From Eledone cirrhosa (lineage: Eukaryota): a DNA stretch of 64,000 bases. Shown here one piece after another: positions 16,182-31,178 of this stretch. Each line of letters starts with the position of its first letter. The stretch's first letter is position 1. Made by a program: the position numbers and the translations under genes. The notes under the pieces were generated by a model, which saw nothing but the letters and a program-made list of their open reading frames with translations, made no database searches and was not told where the DNA came from. Location of the stretch: contig OZ024743.1 in the NCBI GenBank assembly GCA_964016885.1, forward strand, positions 270,878,001-270,942,000. The letters are read 5' to 3'.

Positions 16182-16212
<31 letters not shown>

Positions 16213-16269
16213 TCATACATATATATTCAGACATACATACAATCATACATATATACATACATACATATA

Positions 16270-16653
16270 TGGTGGTTGCCAACTCGTTTTCGAGTACGGC
16301 CACTACTTTATATCCATGTAGGAGAACCCCTACCGATGCGCTGAACGGGTGTGACTTTTTAGTCCAGCCAGCGACTTGAAAACTCTGGTACAAAGACTAC
16401 ACTTGTGACAATTATTGACACATAGTGCTGGGCCCATGGTACCATGTGACGACAAGTGCAGAGAGATCTCCAGATATAAAGCAATGCCTGTGTCGTGAAG
16501 CTTTTATAGTGAGCAAAGGCACTGCACAAAGCCAGTCCCACTCTCTTAACCAAGATGATATTTACCAAAAAGAAGAACAAGTCAACATCATTGGATACCA
16601 TCAGGGTTGCAGGTGTTATATCAGAGTTTTCCTTCCCCAAGAATTCTGCCTTG
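16270..16653 (-). mobile_element. Truncated copy 2 of the 15527 element
   Basis: Near-identical to 15527-15912; ends at CTTGACA, then (TACA)n. Confidence 0.6.
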
Positions 16654-16668
16654 ACATACATACATACA

Positions 16669-16699
<31 letters not shown>

Positions 16700-16786
16700 T
16701 CATACATACATACATATTCATACATACATACATATTCATACATACATACATACATACATACATACAATCATACATACATACATACA

Positions 16787-16817
<31 letters not shown>

Positions 16818-16975
16818 GCATACACACACAAACCTATATATCTGACTTTATTTTCACCGGACTTCGTCCCAACTCGCTTGCACTCACTCAAACGCATACA
16901 CATGTTATACATATATGCACAATCACACACATACACACACGGACACATACACACACGCTCACATCTACATACGCA

Positions 16976-17501
16976 CACATCCACATAGGTTATACACACA
17001 CGCTCACATACACACAAACACACTCACACATCCACATAGGTTTACACACACACGCCCACATACACACAAACACACTCACACATCCACATAGGTTTACACA
17101 CACACGCTCACATACACACAAACACACTCACACATCCACATAGGTTTACACACACACGCTCACATCCACACAAACACACTCACACATCCACATAGGTTTA
17201 CACACACACGCTCACATCCACACAAACACACTCACACATCCACATAGGTTTATACACACGCTCACATACACACAAACACACTCACACATCCACATAGGTT
17301 TACACACACACGCTCACATACACACAAACACACGCACGCTCACATACACACAAACACACTCACACATCCACACAGGTTTACACACACACGCTCACATACA
17401 CACAAACACACTCACACATCCACATAGGTTTACACATACATGCTCACATACACACAAACACACTCACACATACACATAGGTTTACACACACACGCTCACA
17501 T
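16976..17501. repeat. 52-bp CA-rich minisatellite (~10 copies)
   Basis: CACATCCACATAGGTTTACACAC recurs every 52 nt. Confidence 0.9.
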
Positions 17502-17761
17502 GTGTACACTTCATTAATAGATATTTCTAACATTAAGCTAAGTTACTAACGAAGTAACTCACCAAATGAAAATTACAAAAGTAGGAACGGAACAAATGAA
17601 ATGATCAGAACGAACGGAATACGAATCAAATTAATATGAAATGCTTGTCTATTAATATATCACTTATTTACCAGCAAAATTAATTGCAAATGTGGAGATA
17701 TAGCAACGGTGGGAGGGAGGGTTAAGTGATTTACGCAGGAAAACAAAGTGTGGTGTACACA

Positions 17762-17826
<65 letters not shown>

Positions 17827-17959
17827 ATGCACACACGTACACACAGATGCACACATATATATATATATATATATACATATGTCAGTGTGATTGTTTAAGT
17901 ATATGTACATAGAAATATTTGTGTGTGACATATAGTTACACACATACACAGACTGACAG

Positions 17960-18037
<78 letters not shown>

Positions 18038-18579
18038 CACACACAAATATTTCTATGTACATACATATATATATTTAAACAGACAATCACACTAACACAT
18101 ATAAACTTTGTACATAGAAAAATATGTGTATTGTCGTATACACATACATAGATATGTATGCATGTATGTATATATATATATGTGACTGTATGTGTGTGTG
18201 TAAATAGGTATAAAGATATATGCATGATATACACATACATATATATACACACACGCACGTATATATGTAGAGATAAAGAGATTATACGTGTAGATATAGA
18301 CTATGCATATACATATGCATATATACGTATACACACAATTATTTATGTATGTGTGTGTGCATATATTTGTTTCTACATATGTGTGTGTGTTTCTACATAT
18401 GTATGTGTAGTGGTATCTATAGATGTGTGTGTGTGCGCATGTGTGTGTGTGTGTGTGTGTGTATGTGTGTGTGTGTGTGCTTGCGTGTGTCTGTAGGCAT
18501 GCAGCAAGAAAAGAAATTCTCGATAATATTAAGGTGTTATATACAATTATACTGTAGTATAAAGGGTGTTTGACATAAG

Positions 18580-18830
18580 ATAATAATGTCGTTGGTTCGA
18601 TTCCTTGGCTGGATTGTGTGTCGTATTCTTGAACAAAACATTTCATTGCATGTTGCAATATTACACTCAACTAAAATTGAGTAGCAGCAATAGCTGGGGT
18701 TAACCCTACGATGAACTAGCGGCCTGTCTAGGGATGAGGGAATGTTATACTCTCAGTCGCTTCACGTCAAGGAAACCAGGATAAACATTGATCTGATGAG
18801 TCTCTGAGCTCGAGACAGACTTTAGACTTA
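18580..18830 (+). mobile_element. Degenerate tRNA-derived SINE
   Basis: B-box GGTTCGATTCC, then TTGTGTGTCGTATTCTTGAACAAAACATTT and a tail GGGTTAACCCTACGATGAACTAGC..CCTGTCTAGGG. Confidence 0.55.
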
Positions 18831-18835
18831 GACCT

Positions 18836-19150
18836 AAGACACAATATGTTTATTGTTATACTGTAGTACATATGTTGTTTACTGTAGGACATAATATGTT
18901 GTTTACTGTTATACTGTAGGACACAATATGTTGCTTACTGTTATACTGTGGGACATATGTTGTTTACTGTTATACTGTAGGACTCAATATGTTTACTGTT
19001 ATAATGAAGGATACAATATGTTGCTTACTGTTATACTGTAGTACACAATATGTTACTTACTGTTATACTGTAGTACACAATATGTTACTTACTGTTATAC
19101 TGTAGTACACAATATGTTACTTACCGTTATACTGTAGTACACACTATGTT
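18836..19150. repeat. ~32-bp minisatellite (TATGTTGCTTACTGTTATACTGTAGTACACAA)
   Basis: Direct reading, ~10 copies. Confidence 0.9.
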
Positions 19151-19257
19151 TACGTGAGATAATTAAATGGAATATCCGCCTGTGGGTTACGTATGTAGGT
19201 GACTGCTTGTGTAAGTTACTCTCTGTATCAAGTAGAGAGGTTGTTTGATTATTTTAG

Positions 19258-19748
19258 GAAGAGGCTATTTTGCCGGTCCTGGTAAAATAGACTGCCAGGC
19301 TATTTTCCCGGTAAGTGTGTGAGACACCATGCTTTGCAGCATAGAGTTGCGGCCCTTTGAGGTCTGAGTTCAAATCCCGCCGAGGTTAGCTTTGGCTTTC
19401 ATCCTTAGTACCAGCAATACACTGGGATAATTGCTGGCCTTGTGCCAAAAGTAGAAACAATTATTATGAAGGCAGGTAATGTTAAGAATAACAGCACACA
19501 GATTTAACACAGAAGTTTATTCATTTTCACCATCAATTATTAGGACAATTTAAACCCTAACCCGAACCCTAATCCTAACCCTAACCCTAACCCGAACCCT
19601 AATCCTAACCCTAACCCTAACCCGAACCCTAATCCTAACCCTAACCCAAAGACAACACTAACACTATTTATATTTACCGTGGACTGGTAAAATAAGCTTT
19701 AAAAATCATGTTTGTCTATTTTACCGGGTCCGGCAAAGTAGCCTATTC
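19258..19748. mobile_element. MITE with 35-bp TIRs containing telomere-like (CCCTAA)n and a nested SINE
   Basis: Left GAAGAGGCTATTTTGCCGGTCCTGGTAAAATAGAC (19258-19292) is inverted to GTCTATTTTACCGGGTCCGGCAAAGTAGCCTATTC (19714-19748); SINE1 at ~19325-19466; CCCTAA array at 19555-19647. Confidence 0.75.
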
Positions 19749-19958
19749 GTTTATTTTAAGCAGAAATTACTTTTACCGCACTAGTACTGTTTTATGGGAA
19801 AATCATCAGTAAAGTGAAAAATAAACAGTACTAGTCCTGTAAATATCTCCCCTATTTGAAATATAATGTTATATTTCTATCAATCCCACTCAACACAATA
19901 TATGACCGTGAGAATCATGGGAGCTGAACGCATATGCGTGTCTGTGTTAGTGTGTGTG

Positions 19959-20063
<105 letters not shown>

Positions 20064-20185
20064 GAGAGGGAGAAAGAGAGAGATATTTGTGAATGTGAGT
20101 GTCAGAACTTGTTGGGTGTGGTCATCCAGTTACGTGTGTGTATCAGTGTGTGCTCGTATATGTCTGCGTGAGTGCTTACATGTGC

Positions 20186-20230
<45 letters not shown>

Positions 20231-20375
20231 CAACATGCGTGTTTGTATGTGTGTGAATGTAAATGCTTTATTGTAGATGTGTGCGTAGATGTGTGTATAT
20301 GTCGATGTGTGTGTCTGGGTGTGTGTAGTTTTAAGCTTTTAGATGTATTCACGTTGCTAGCATATGTTGTAATAT

Positions 20376-20800
20376 AATGATGATGGTGATGGTGACGATG
20401 AGGGTGATGGTGGTAACAGCGATGATGGTTATGATGATGATGATGGTGATGGTGATGGTGATGATGGTGATAACGGAGATGATGATGATAGTAAGAATAA
20501 TGGCTCTGATGATGATGATGATGATGATGGTGGTGGTGATGGTGATGGTGATGGTGATGATGATGGTGAAGATGATGATGATGATGATGGTCATGATGAT
20601 GATGATGATGATGGTCATGATGATGGTGATGGTGATGGTGATGATGATGGTGAAGATGATTATGGCACTAATGGAGATGATGATGGTGATGATGATGGTT
20701 ATCATGATGGTAATGATGATGATGATGATAATTGCGGTGGTCATGGTGTTGATGGTGATAATGGTGATAATGATGATAATAGTGATGATGGTGATGATGG
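20376..20800. repeat. (ATG)/(GTG) trinucleotide repeat
   Basis: Direct reading; explains the poly-M ORF. Confidence 0.9.
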
Positions 20801-20993
20801 TGGGTGATGGTGTTGTTCTTGTTTGTCCTCACATCAGGTCAACAGAAACCAAGAAGATTTATTACCAAAGACATTCCAGCTATGACCATCCCACAGTTTA
20901 TCTTCGACAACAATTTCCTATTATCCTTCCCATTTTTTTTAGGTAGCAACGAGTTCAAATTCCGCTGAGACCAACATTGCTTTCCCTCCTTTT

Positions 20994-21164
<171 letters not shown>

Positions 21165-21795
21165 TCTCTCTCTGCTTCAAGTATAAAATATCCCTAAATT
21201 TTCATGATGCCCAAGATACGCCATGCTTATTAACGGCGCTCCATCGACTCCAACAGGTGTGGATGGAGACGGAAGGTAGGGAGAATATTTAGAGAGAAAA
21301 GAATGTAAGGCAAAATTGGGGGTTATTTTCAGCATCTTGAGCGTACTTGTCTATATAAAAATACGTTTTGTTGTTGTTATTGGTGTTGTACAGATACATA
21401 CATACATACATACATACATACATACATACATACATACGTACGTACGTACATACACACACGCATACATACATATGTACGTACATCCATACATACATACGTA
21501 CGTACGTACATATATACACACATACATCATACATACGCACGTACATACATAACATACATGCATACATACATACATACATATATAACATACATACATACAT
21601 GCATACATATATATACATATATACACACATACATAATACATACATACATAATACATACATACATGCTTACATACATACATGCATACATACATACGTACGT
21701 ATATTCATATTTAGATTCATCAATCATACATACAAATATACATAAATACATACATACTTACATACATATATTTTCTATTTATATTCATATATAAT

Positions 21796-21865
<70 letters not shown>

Positions 21866-22636
21866 TATATATATATATATATACATACATATATATATAT
21901 ATATGTGTATGTATGTAATAAATGTATATGTATTTATTTATAAGTATTTATGGCTGCATATATGTATGTATGTACATACGTATGTATGTACATACGTATG
22001 TATGTACATACGTATGTATGTACATACGTATGTATGTATGAATGTATGTATATACATACGTATGTATGTATGTATATATGTATGTATGTACGTACATACG
22101 TACGTATGTATGTATGTATATATGTATGTATGTACGTACATACGTACGTATGTGCGTATGTATGTATGCATGTATGTATTAACGTTGGTGGATTTATGTG
22201 GGTGACGGTATGCGAGAGTTTTGATGGTGGTTTTAATAGCTTGTGATTGAATTCATTGGAACTGCCGAAATGTCGCAACGAGGTCAGCGAGGAAATCTTT
22301 TGTGGTGAAGACAATAAAAACCCATGCTCTGGACGCGTTTAGAATCCGAGTAATGGAAAGTAATGAAATTGGTGATAGTCACACCAGAGGGATAGTGACA
22401 GGGTGGGAGAGGAAAGAGGGATGTGACAGAGATGGTGAGCAAGTGGGGGAGTCATGAGAAGGGAGAGGGATTGTGCATGTGTGTGTGATAGAGAGCGAGA
22501 GAGAATGTGACAGAGATGAGGAGAGAGTATGGGACTGAGTGAGAGCGACAGATAAAGAGATAGTGTGCGTAACAGGATGTAGGTGGGAGAAGAAAGGAAC
22601 TGTTGATAGATAAATAGATAGAAAAATAGATATGAG

Positions 22637-22688
<52 letters not shown>

Positions 22689-22712
22689 GAAAATGGAAAG
22701 TGGTATCAACGA

Positions 22713-22752
<40 letters not shown>

Positions 22753-22786
22753 AGGATATAGATAGAGAGGTAGGTAGTTGGGTTGG

Positions 22787-22858
22787 ATTGGCAAGGAAAA
22801 CCATCAACGACGTAACAGTTAAATTGAAAGAAAATGGCGGAAGTACGAAGTAGGAAGT
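22787..22858. promoter_or_regulatory. Candidate promoter motif cluster (CCAAT, YY1, ETS)
   Basis: ATTGG at 22787; AAAATGGCGGAAGT (overlapping YY1 and ETS consensus) at 22831-22844; second AGGAAGT at 22852; local CpG enrichment. No transcript evidence. Confidence 0.25.
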
Positions 22859-22964
22859 AAAGCCTTAAGGAGACACATACGCGCGCGCAGACGTACATAC
22901 AAATACTCACATATTCTCCTTATATATTCATGCATATACATATACAACAACGGCACTCATATAC

Positions 22965-23049
<85 letters not shown>

Positions 23050-23162
23050 TATATAATACATATGATGCATACATTCATGGATATGTGTGTGTTGTGTATG
23101 CGTGTGTGTATGTGTGTATATATATATAAATGCATACTTACACATCCATAGAAATTGCTATA

Positions 23163-23224
<62 letters not shown>

Positions 23225-23301
23225 CATATATACATACATATATATTTATATAATTCAAATAAATTCAAATTATTATTGTGTGCGTGTGTGTGCGTGTGTT
23301 T

Positions 23302-23341
<40 letters not shown>

Positions 23342-23989
23342 GCGTGTGTGTGTGTTTGTGTGTGTGTGTGTGTACGTGTGTATGTAAATCGGAATCTTCT
23401 CATACAATCAATCAGGGGAGATAAGTCAGTCTTCACATCGTTCGTACCTGTAGGTACATCAATTGGATTGTCTTCAGCTTCAACCATTTCCGGCTCTCTT
23501 CATAATACTCGACGACATTGAAACTGTCTTGTAGGCGATTTTCTTATTCAGCACCGGAAAACCTTCTATATTGTACGGCAATGTATTATTATTCTCCGTC
23601 TTATCTATCGTGTGAAATAATCTCCTTTTATCACTGTAGCTTTCTATGGCACTGTGGCATCGCTTTCATCTTAGAAATATAGAACGTCTATCAAAGTTAT
23701 CCACTAGGTTTCACACAGATTTTGGCAGGCTACCTTTTTTTTTGTAGCTGTTGTGTGCGTGCATATGTGTGTGTTAGTGCGTGCAAGCGTGTGGCGAAGA
23801 CGTTTGCGTGCACTTGCACGTGTTTTTGAAATATATAAGTCTACGCGTACATTATAATGACAGCGCCGTCGTTTTGTGCGTTTATATGTATGTATGCACG
23901 CATATATATATATATCGACAACGAAAGAATAAACTTCAAATCATTTTATTAATGTCTACGTGCGTTTCAACTTCAATATTATCAAGTGA

Positions 23990-24049
<60 letters not shown>

Positions 24050-24167
24050 TTTGTATTGTAGCAGTATACTTATAAATGTGCGTATTGTATATTGAATAAT
24101 ATATCGGATGTTTAGAAAAGCATTTGAAGGCCAATGGCTATGAATTTTTTAAATGTTGTCATTTATG

Positions 24168-24203
<36 letters not shown>

Positions 24204-24234
24204 TGTATGTATGTATATGTATATGTATATAATC

Positions 24235-25040
24235 AATTACATAAACCACTTCAAATGCAAAACTAACATATTCTTCAGCCTACCGAAACTGCAAACAGGT
24301 AAACAGGTGCATGGCGCTTGCAAAACTTTGACAACCAAATACATCCAGTTAACACCTCCTAGTGATTTAAAGCTCAGGTCAATAATAGCAGGCTCTGCAT
24401 GTGAAACACACAGATTGAGTAACTTTCTGGACATCTTTTTAAAGCCCTTTCTAAAACATCTGCGGAGCTACATACCAGATGACTTAGACATGCTAAACGA
24501 TCTCCTAAAAAATGTCAGTGAGCACACAACTTTTGTTTCCTATACACGAACATACCCCATGACTATGGAATAACTGCAATCAAATATTGCCTAGACACAC
24601 ACCGATCCGAATTACCAACACATATTAAAAAAGACTTCACCCTAGATGGACTCAAATTCATACTACATAACAACTGTAACTATTTTTTGTACAATGGATT
24701 TGCGTATCGACAAATATCACAAAAGTAGCCCCTACATACGCCAATTTAGCCATGAGATTCCATGAAGAAAAGATTTATAGCTAATCTCTAATGCTATTTG
24801 GAGACACATTTCTCACAAAACTAAACCTCAACTGAAAAAGGTACCTGGATGATTGTTTTATCTTATGACAGGAAAACCTAGATACACTCACAGAATTTTA
24901 AAATATGATTAATAGCCTTAACGGCAACATCCAATTCACAATGGCGTTTAATATCAAGGAAATAGCTTTTTTTTAGATATCAACATTTTAAAATCAGAGG
25001 GAAGAATAGAAACAGACATTTTCTATAAACCCACGGACTT
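24235..25040 (+). pseudogene. Degenerate PLE reverse transcriptase (Neptune-like)
   Basis: IFFSLPKL...LKLRSIIAGSACETHRLSNFLDIFLKPF, then frameshifted [20 protein letters not shown] and [10 protein letters not shown]; homologous to 4491-5720; contains stops and frameshifts. Confidence 0.88.
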
Positions 25041-25542
25041 CTATAGAAATAAAAATATCATATCCACACACAGAAAAGATGCAATACTTTGACAGATTAT
25101 AAGAGCGACACACATAAACGAACTCCAACTAAAATTAAACAGAAAACATGAGTGGAATATCAACACCATAAAATAAAGACATACAGAGATATACAAGAAC
25201 CAAACTAATAAAACAAACCAGACACACACTGATAGAACAAGCAACCAACTAGTGACAAATAAACATAAATAAATAAATAAATAAACACATACAGATATTA
25301 CGTAGGCGCAACTCAAATACACAGCATACAACACACAAAAATAAGATGATGTTAGAACAAAAAAGAGACACAAAATAACAAATTAGTCACTGAGGAGGTC
25401 ATAGAATGTGACGAAAAAGCTTTGACAATAAACAACCAACCGGTTATTAAACCGACCAAGTGGGAATTTGTAATAAATTGAAGAGAAAACCAACTGGTGC
25501 GTGTGTTTTTATTGACAGCATGACCCTCCCAAAGTATAACAA
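25041..25542 (+). mobile_element. PLE 3' UTR/pLTR with degenerate HHR (25386-25426)
   Basis: GTCA-CTGAGGA-G-GTCA..TGAC-GAAAAAGCTT-TGAC; tail CATGACCCTCCCAAAGTATAACAA followed by (TA)n. Confidence 0.6.
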
Positions 25543-26129
25543 GATATATATATATGTTCGCTATATATATATAGATGTTACTGTTCGTCCGTTTGTCCAT
25601 TTTACTTCGATTTTCGGGGGAAGGGGGGGGGGGGGGCTTCTTTCTGTTTTTCTTGTTCTCTACTCTCAGATTTTGTTTGTGTTTCTGACAGAGCGTTTAA
25701 CAGTCATAGTTATATTAAAATATCGACATAATTATACGATTCGAAGTAGAGTAACATCACCAGAAAGATTTAGCAAACTCAAAAATATCAATAACATTTT
25801 CAGGTCTTCCATCTCAAACCTGACTTGTTAATTCACCAAAATTGTTTATTGATTAAGCATCGCCAGAGAAATTGATTGTTATAGTGTCATTGGTAATTTT
25901 GCAGATAAAAATAACAAACAAACAGAAAAGACCATTTCATTAATTCATTAAGTTTATTGTTTCTTTCTATGACTGATAATGTTATCTGGTCATTATGGTG
26001 CTCGTAAAAAGCCTCTTAACTCCTGATGGAGTTGTAAGGACTCCGTCTTGACACATTTCGACGTTTTAAACCTGCCGGAGCCCATAATTCTACAGTTCGG
26101 AGCACAGCTGATAATATATTTCAGAAAGA

Positions 26130-26455
26130 GGTAGAATTGACTTCAGTACAGAAGTGGTACTTTATTTATCGACTTCGGAAAGATGAAAGGCAAAGTTGAT
26201 TTCGGTATGATTTGAATAGAGAGAGTAGTGAGCTGGAACAAATACTGAGTCATTTTCGATTAGGCGCTCTTACGATTTTTCATTTTTGTAGTGCACAGGG
26301 AATAAAACGTTTACAAGAATTTATCATTGTTTATTGGAATTTACCATCGTTAGAACGTCGGATAGAATGCTTTGTAGTATTCATTTCGGCTCTCTGCTCT
26401 CTGAGTTCAAATCCCGTCGAGGTCAACTTTGCCTTTCATCAATTCATGGTCGATT
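26130..26455. mobile_element. Two degenerate SINE family 1 copies (minus ~26130-26290, plus ~26335-26455)
   Basis: GGTACTTTATTTATCGAC..GATGAAAGGCAAAGTTGA and GAGTTCAAATCCCGTCGAGGTCAACTTTGCCTTTCATC. Confidence 0.7.
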
Positions 26456-26636
26456 CTTCCTCTATATTTCTTTCTCACTCCCTTTATCTCACTCTATCCT
26501 TCTATGGAAGAGATGGATAGAGAGAGAGTTGGAGGTTTTAAAATGCCCTAGAAACGCTGTATGTCAATATGGCGCCTCTACAACCCCTCGGGAGTTACGG
26601 AACGATACTATACCATACCATGTATATTCTGATCGT

Positions 26637-26930
26637 GAAGGCGCGTGACGTAATGGTTAGGGTCCTCGGCTCAGAATTGTAAGGTCGTGAGTTCGATTTC
26701 CGGTCGTGCGTTGTGTCCTTGAAGAAGACACCTTATTTAACGCTGCTCCAGTTCAATCACCTCGAAAAAAAGGAGTTGTGTCTGATTCATATGGCTAGCT
26801 TTGTCACATATTGTGTCACACTGAATCTCCTTGGTGACTACGTTAAGGATACGTGTCTGTGGAGTACTCAATATGTGCACGTTAATTTCATGTGCAGGCT
26901 GTCATCTTGATTGAACAACTGCTACACTTT
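26637..26930 (+). mobile_element. tRNA-derived SINE family 2
   Basis: A-box TGACGTAATGG, B-box GAGTTCGATTTCC, central GCGTTGTGTCCTTGAAGAAGACACC. Confidence 0.75.
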
Positions 26931-26957
26931 TGCTCAGTACATGCGGAGGTCCAACAT

Positions 26958-27040
26958 ACGAGGGTCAGCTGAAACGTTCATAGGATGACCAAGATATTCT
27001 CATGAAATGACCAAATGATGTTTATTTTTCAACATAGTCT
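26958..27040 (+). mobile_element. Tc1/mariner-like terminal fragment
   Basis: Starts TACGAGGGTCAGCTGAAACGTTC, resembling mariner TIRs (TA-CGAGGG...GAAAAGTT); partner end not seen. Confidence 0.4.
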
Positions 27041-27444
27041 CTGGAAAGAAACAATGCATTTGTTATTGACAAAGGTTGAAATGAATGCATGCAGGATTTC
27101 ACAGCTCTAGCATCACTCCTTAATAGTCAACATATGAACTATTCAGCCTACCTTCATTGTCACATCAGCCATCATCTTCATATATCACATTCAATATCAA
27201 ATTCAATAATCATACAAAAAGCTGTTTTTGTTTATATTTTAACACAATTGTATTTCTTTTCTAGAAGAAAGGACTCTTTTTTGACATCTCGTCAGATATG
27301 CGAGCTTATATGTACAAAGACACATCTAAACTATTTACGCTCTGCATACTACAGTCGTAACACTGGAATACAACCCAAACGAAACGGACCTCGTAACAGC
27401 ATTGAGTGCTTCGAACGGCGTGACGCCTGCAACTGTTACACACC

Positions 27445-27536
<92 letters not shown>

Positions 27537-28035
27537 GCGCGCGCATTTATATATATATATATATATATCTTTCCACTTATGTGTAAGCATATGTGTGTGT
27601 GTGTTTGCTGTTACATGAAGAGTCATCCAAACCTGAACTACTCCGGGTCCTGAATGTCTAAATCTGGTCTTGTTCGGGGTATACGTAATGTATATAAAAC
27701 ACCCTCCACTGTATATAAAATTGTAGCAGTAATTTTATACTCTTCTCAACAGAGTTTCTTTCACATTATCAAGCGGCCACTAAGAAGCTGACCTTTCTAC
27801 CCTCATAGATAGTTTCCATTGTGAATGGGCTTTCAAGTCGCTAATATGTCTAAGATTTCGACATATCAAATGACCATCTTCTTATTCTCGAGTCCCGGAG
27901 GCAGAGGAAGGAATACTCATAAAGAGCCTGGTCCTAGAGTCTACCACAGCAGTTTCAGAGTTCATACGACTAGCTAAGATGTAGTGGTCAACAGTCTCAC
28001 ACACTGACTTCTTTGTATCCTTCTTTCTCTCCCTT

Positions 28036-28125
<90 letters not shown>

Positions 28126-28126
<1 letters not shown>

Positions 28127-28242
28127 AGGAAAAGAGTCAGGACAGGGTCCTGACTCTTTTCCTATTACCCACTTTACTACCCAGTATCGAGTACTTTGGT
28201 GCGTTATGGCCCACCTGGTTACTTGCCATACTTCCTTCGTTA
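28126..28242 (+). mobile_element. Short snap-back element, same family as 63489-63743
   Basis: TAGGAAAAGAGTCAGGAC-AGG-GTCCTGACTCTTTTCCTA hairpin, then TTACCCACTTTACTACCC..TGGTGCGTTAT shared with 63595-63655. Confidence 0.75.
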
Positions 28243-28248
28243 TGTATG

Positions 28249-28305
<57 letters not shown>

Positions 28306-28651
28306 TTCTCTTAGACTGTCTCTCGAAATTGGCCAGCGAATTTCATCCCACCAACAGAAGTCTGATAAATATATTTTTAATAATACATTTGCAAGTAAAC
28401 ATGCATACACACCATCCATACCTGATACTTAACATCCCATAATGTAACTGTCGTTTTTTGTTCTTCGTTCATAACTTCGACGAAAAGTTATATTTAGATA
28501 AATTAGGAACATAGTAGCTTTGTATTATTGAGGCTTATATATTTCATTTCCTATGTGATCATATACCTGCTCGCACCAACCTGAGGTATATGGCCTTTAA
28601 TGCGACGAAATGCCTACGACGGTTGGATGGCCACTGATGAGGACAAACTTT

Positions 28652-30430
<1,779 letters not shown>

Positions 30431-30436
30431 TATATG

Positions 30437-30606
30437 TGCCTGATGGTAGCTAAGATGCTTCCATAGGCGGTATGCCGGTTGAGCACTCTATGCTCTTACA
30501 GAGCAGAGTATGATAGAATAGAAAACGAAGAATCAGTGATGCATCTGAACTCAATTTATTGTGTTACAATTGTTTCCCCGGGGAAACAATTGTAACACAC
30601 AATAAA
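30437..30606 (-). mobile_element. Probable pLTR tail with a 40-bp perfect palindrome at its end
   Basis: TGTGTTACAATTGTTTCCCC|GGGGAAACAATTGTAACACA (30560-30599); GAAACAATTGTA resembles the 3' half of an HHR; flanked by (TA)n. Confidence 0.55.
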
Positions 30607-30635
30607 ATGTATGTATATATATATATATATATATA

Positions 30636-31145
30636 AGATCAACAATATCTGATTGACAGACGTAGCTTTACCGACAGAATTTACCAAAGACCATACACTA
30701 AATATTTATGGGAACACTTTAATCTGTGAACAGGAACAACAGGTTCTACAGCTCCCACCAAAATTTGCTATCTACAAAAAGATAAATCCAATCGAGTGTA
30801 AAACTGGGTTGGAAAAATGTTTCACAAAAATACGTTGGAATGCGAAAATAAACAACAACAACTATACGGACAACAACAATAATAACGAAAGTAGTAATAT
30901 AAACAATAACTCTGAGTATAGAAATAACAGCTATAATAGTAATAGACATAACAATAACAATAGCAGGAGAGAGAGAAATAGTAATAATAATAATGGTAGT
31001 AATATTAACCATAGACAGAACAACAACAACAACAACAACAACCACAGTAGTAATAATGGAAATAATACGAGTAGCAACAACAACAACCACAGTAGTAATA
31101 ATGGAAATTATACGAGTAGCAACTTAAGGATAGTCACAAAAACAA

Positions 31146-31178
<33 letters not shown>

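Noticed and set aside
18790-18820. CTGATGAG...CGAGAC as a hammerhead
   Set aside because: GAGA instead of GAAA, no stem I or III; lies in a SINE tail.
19555-19647. True telomere or chromosome fusion site
   Set aside because: Only ~93 bp, degenerate, single orientation and enclosed in TIRs.
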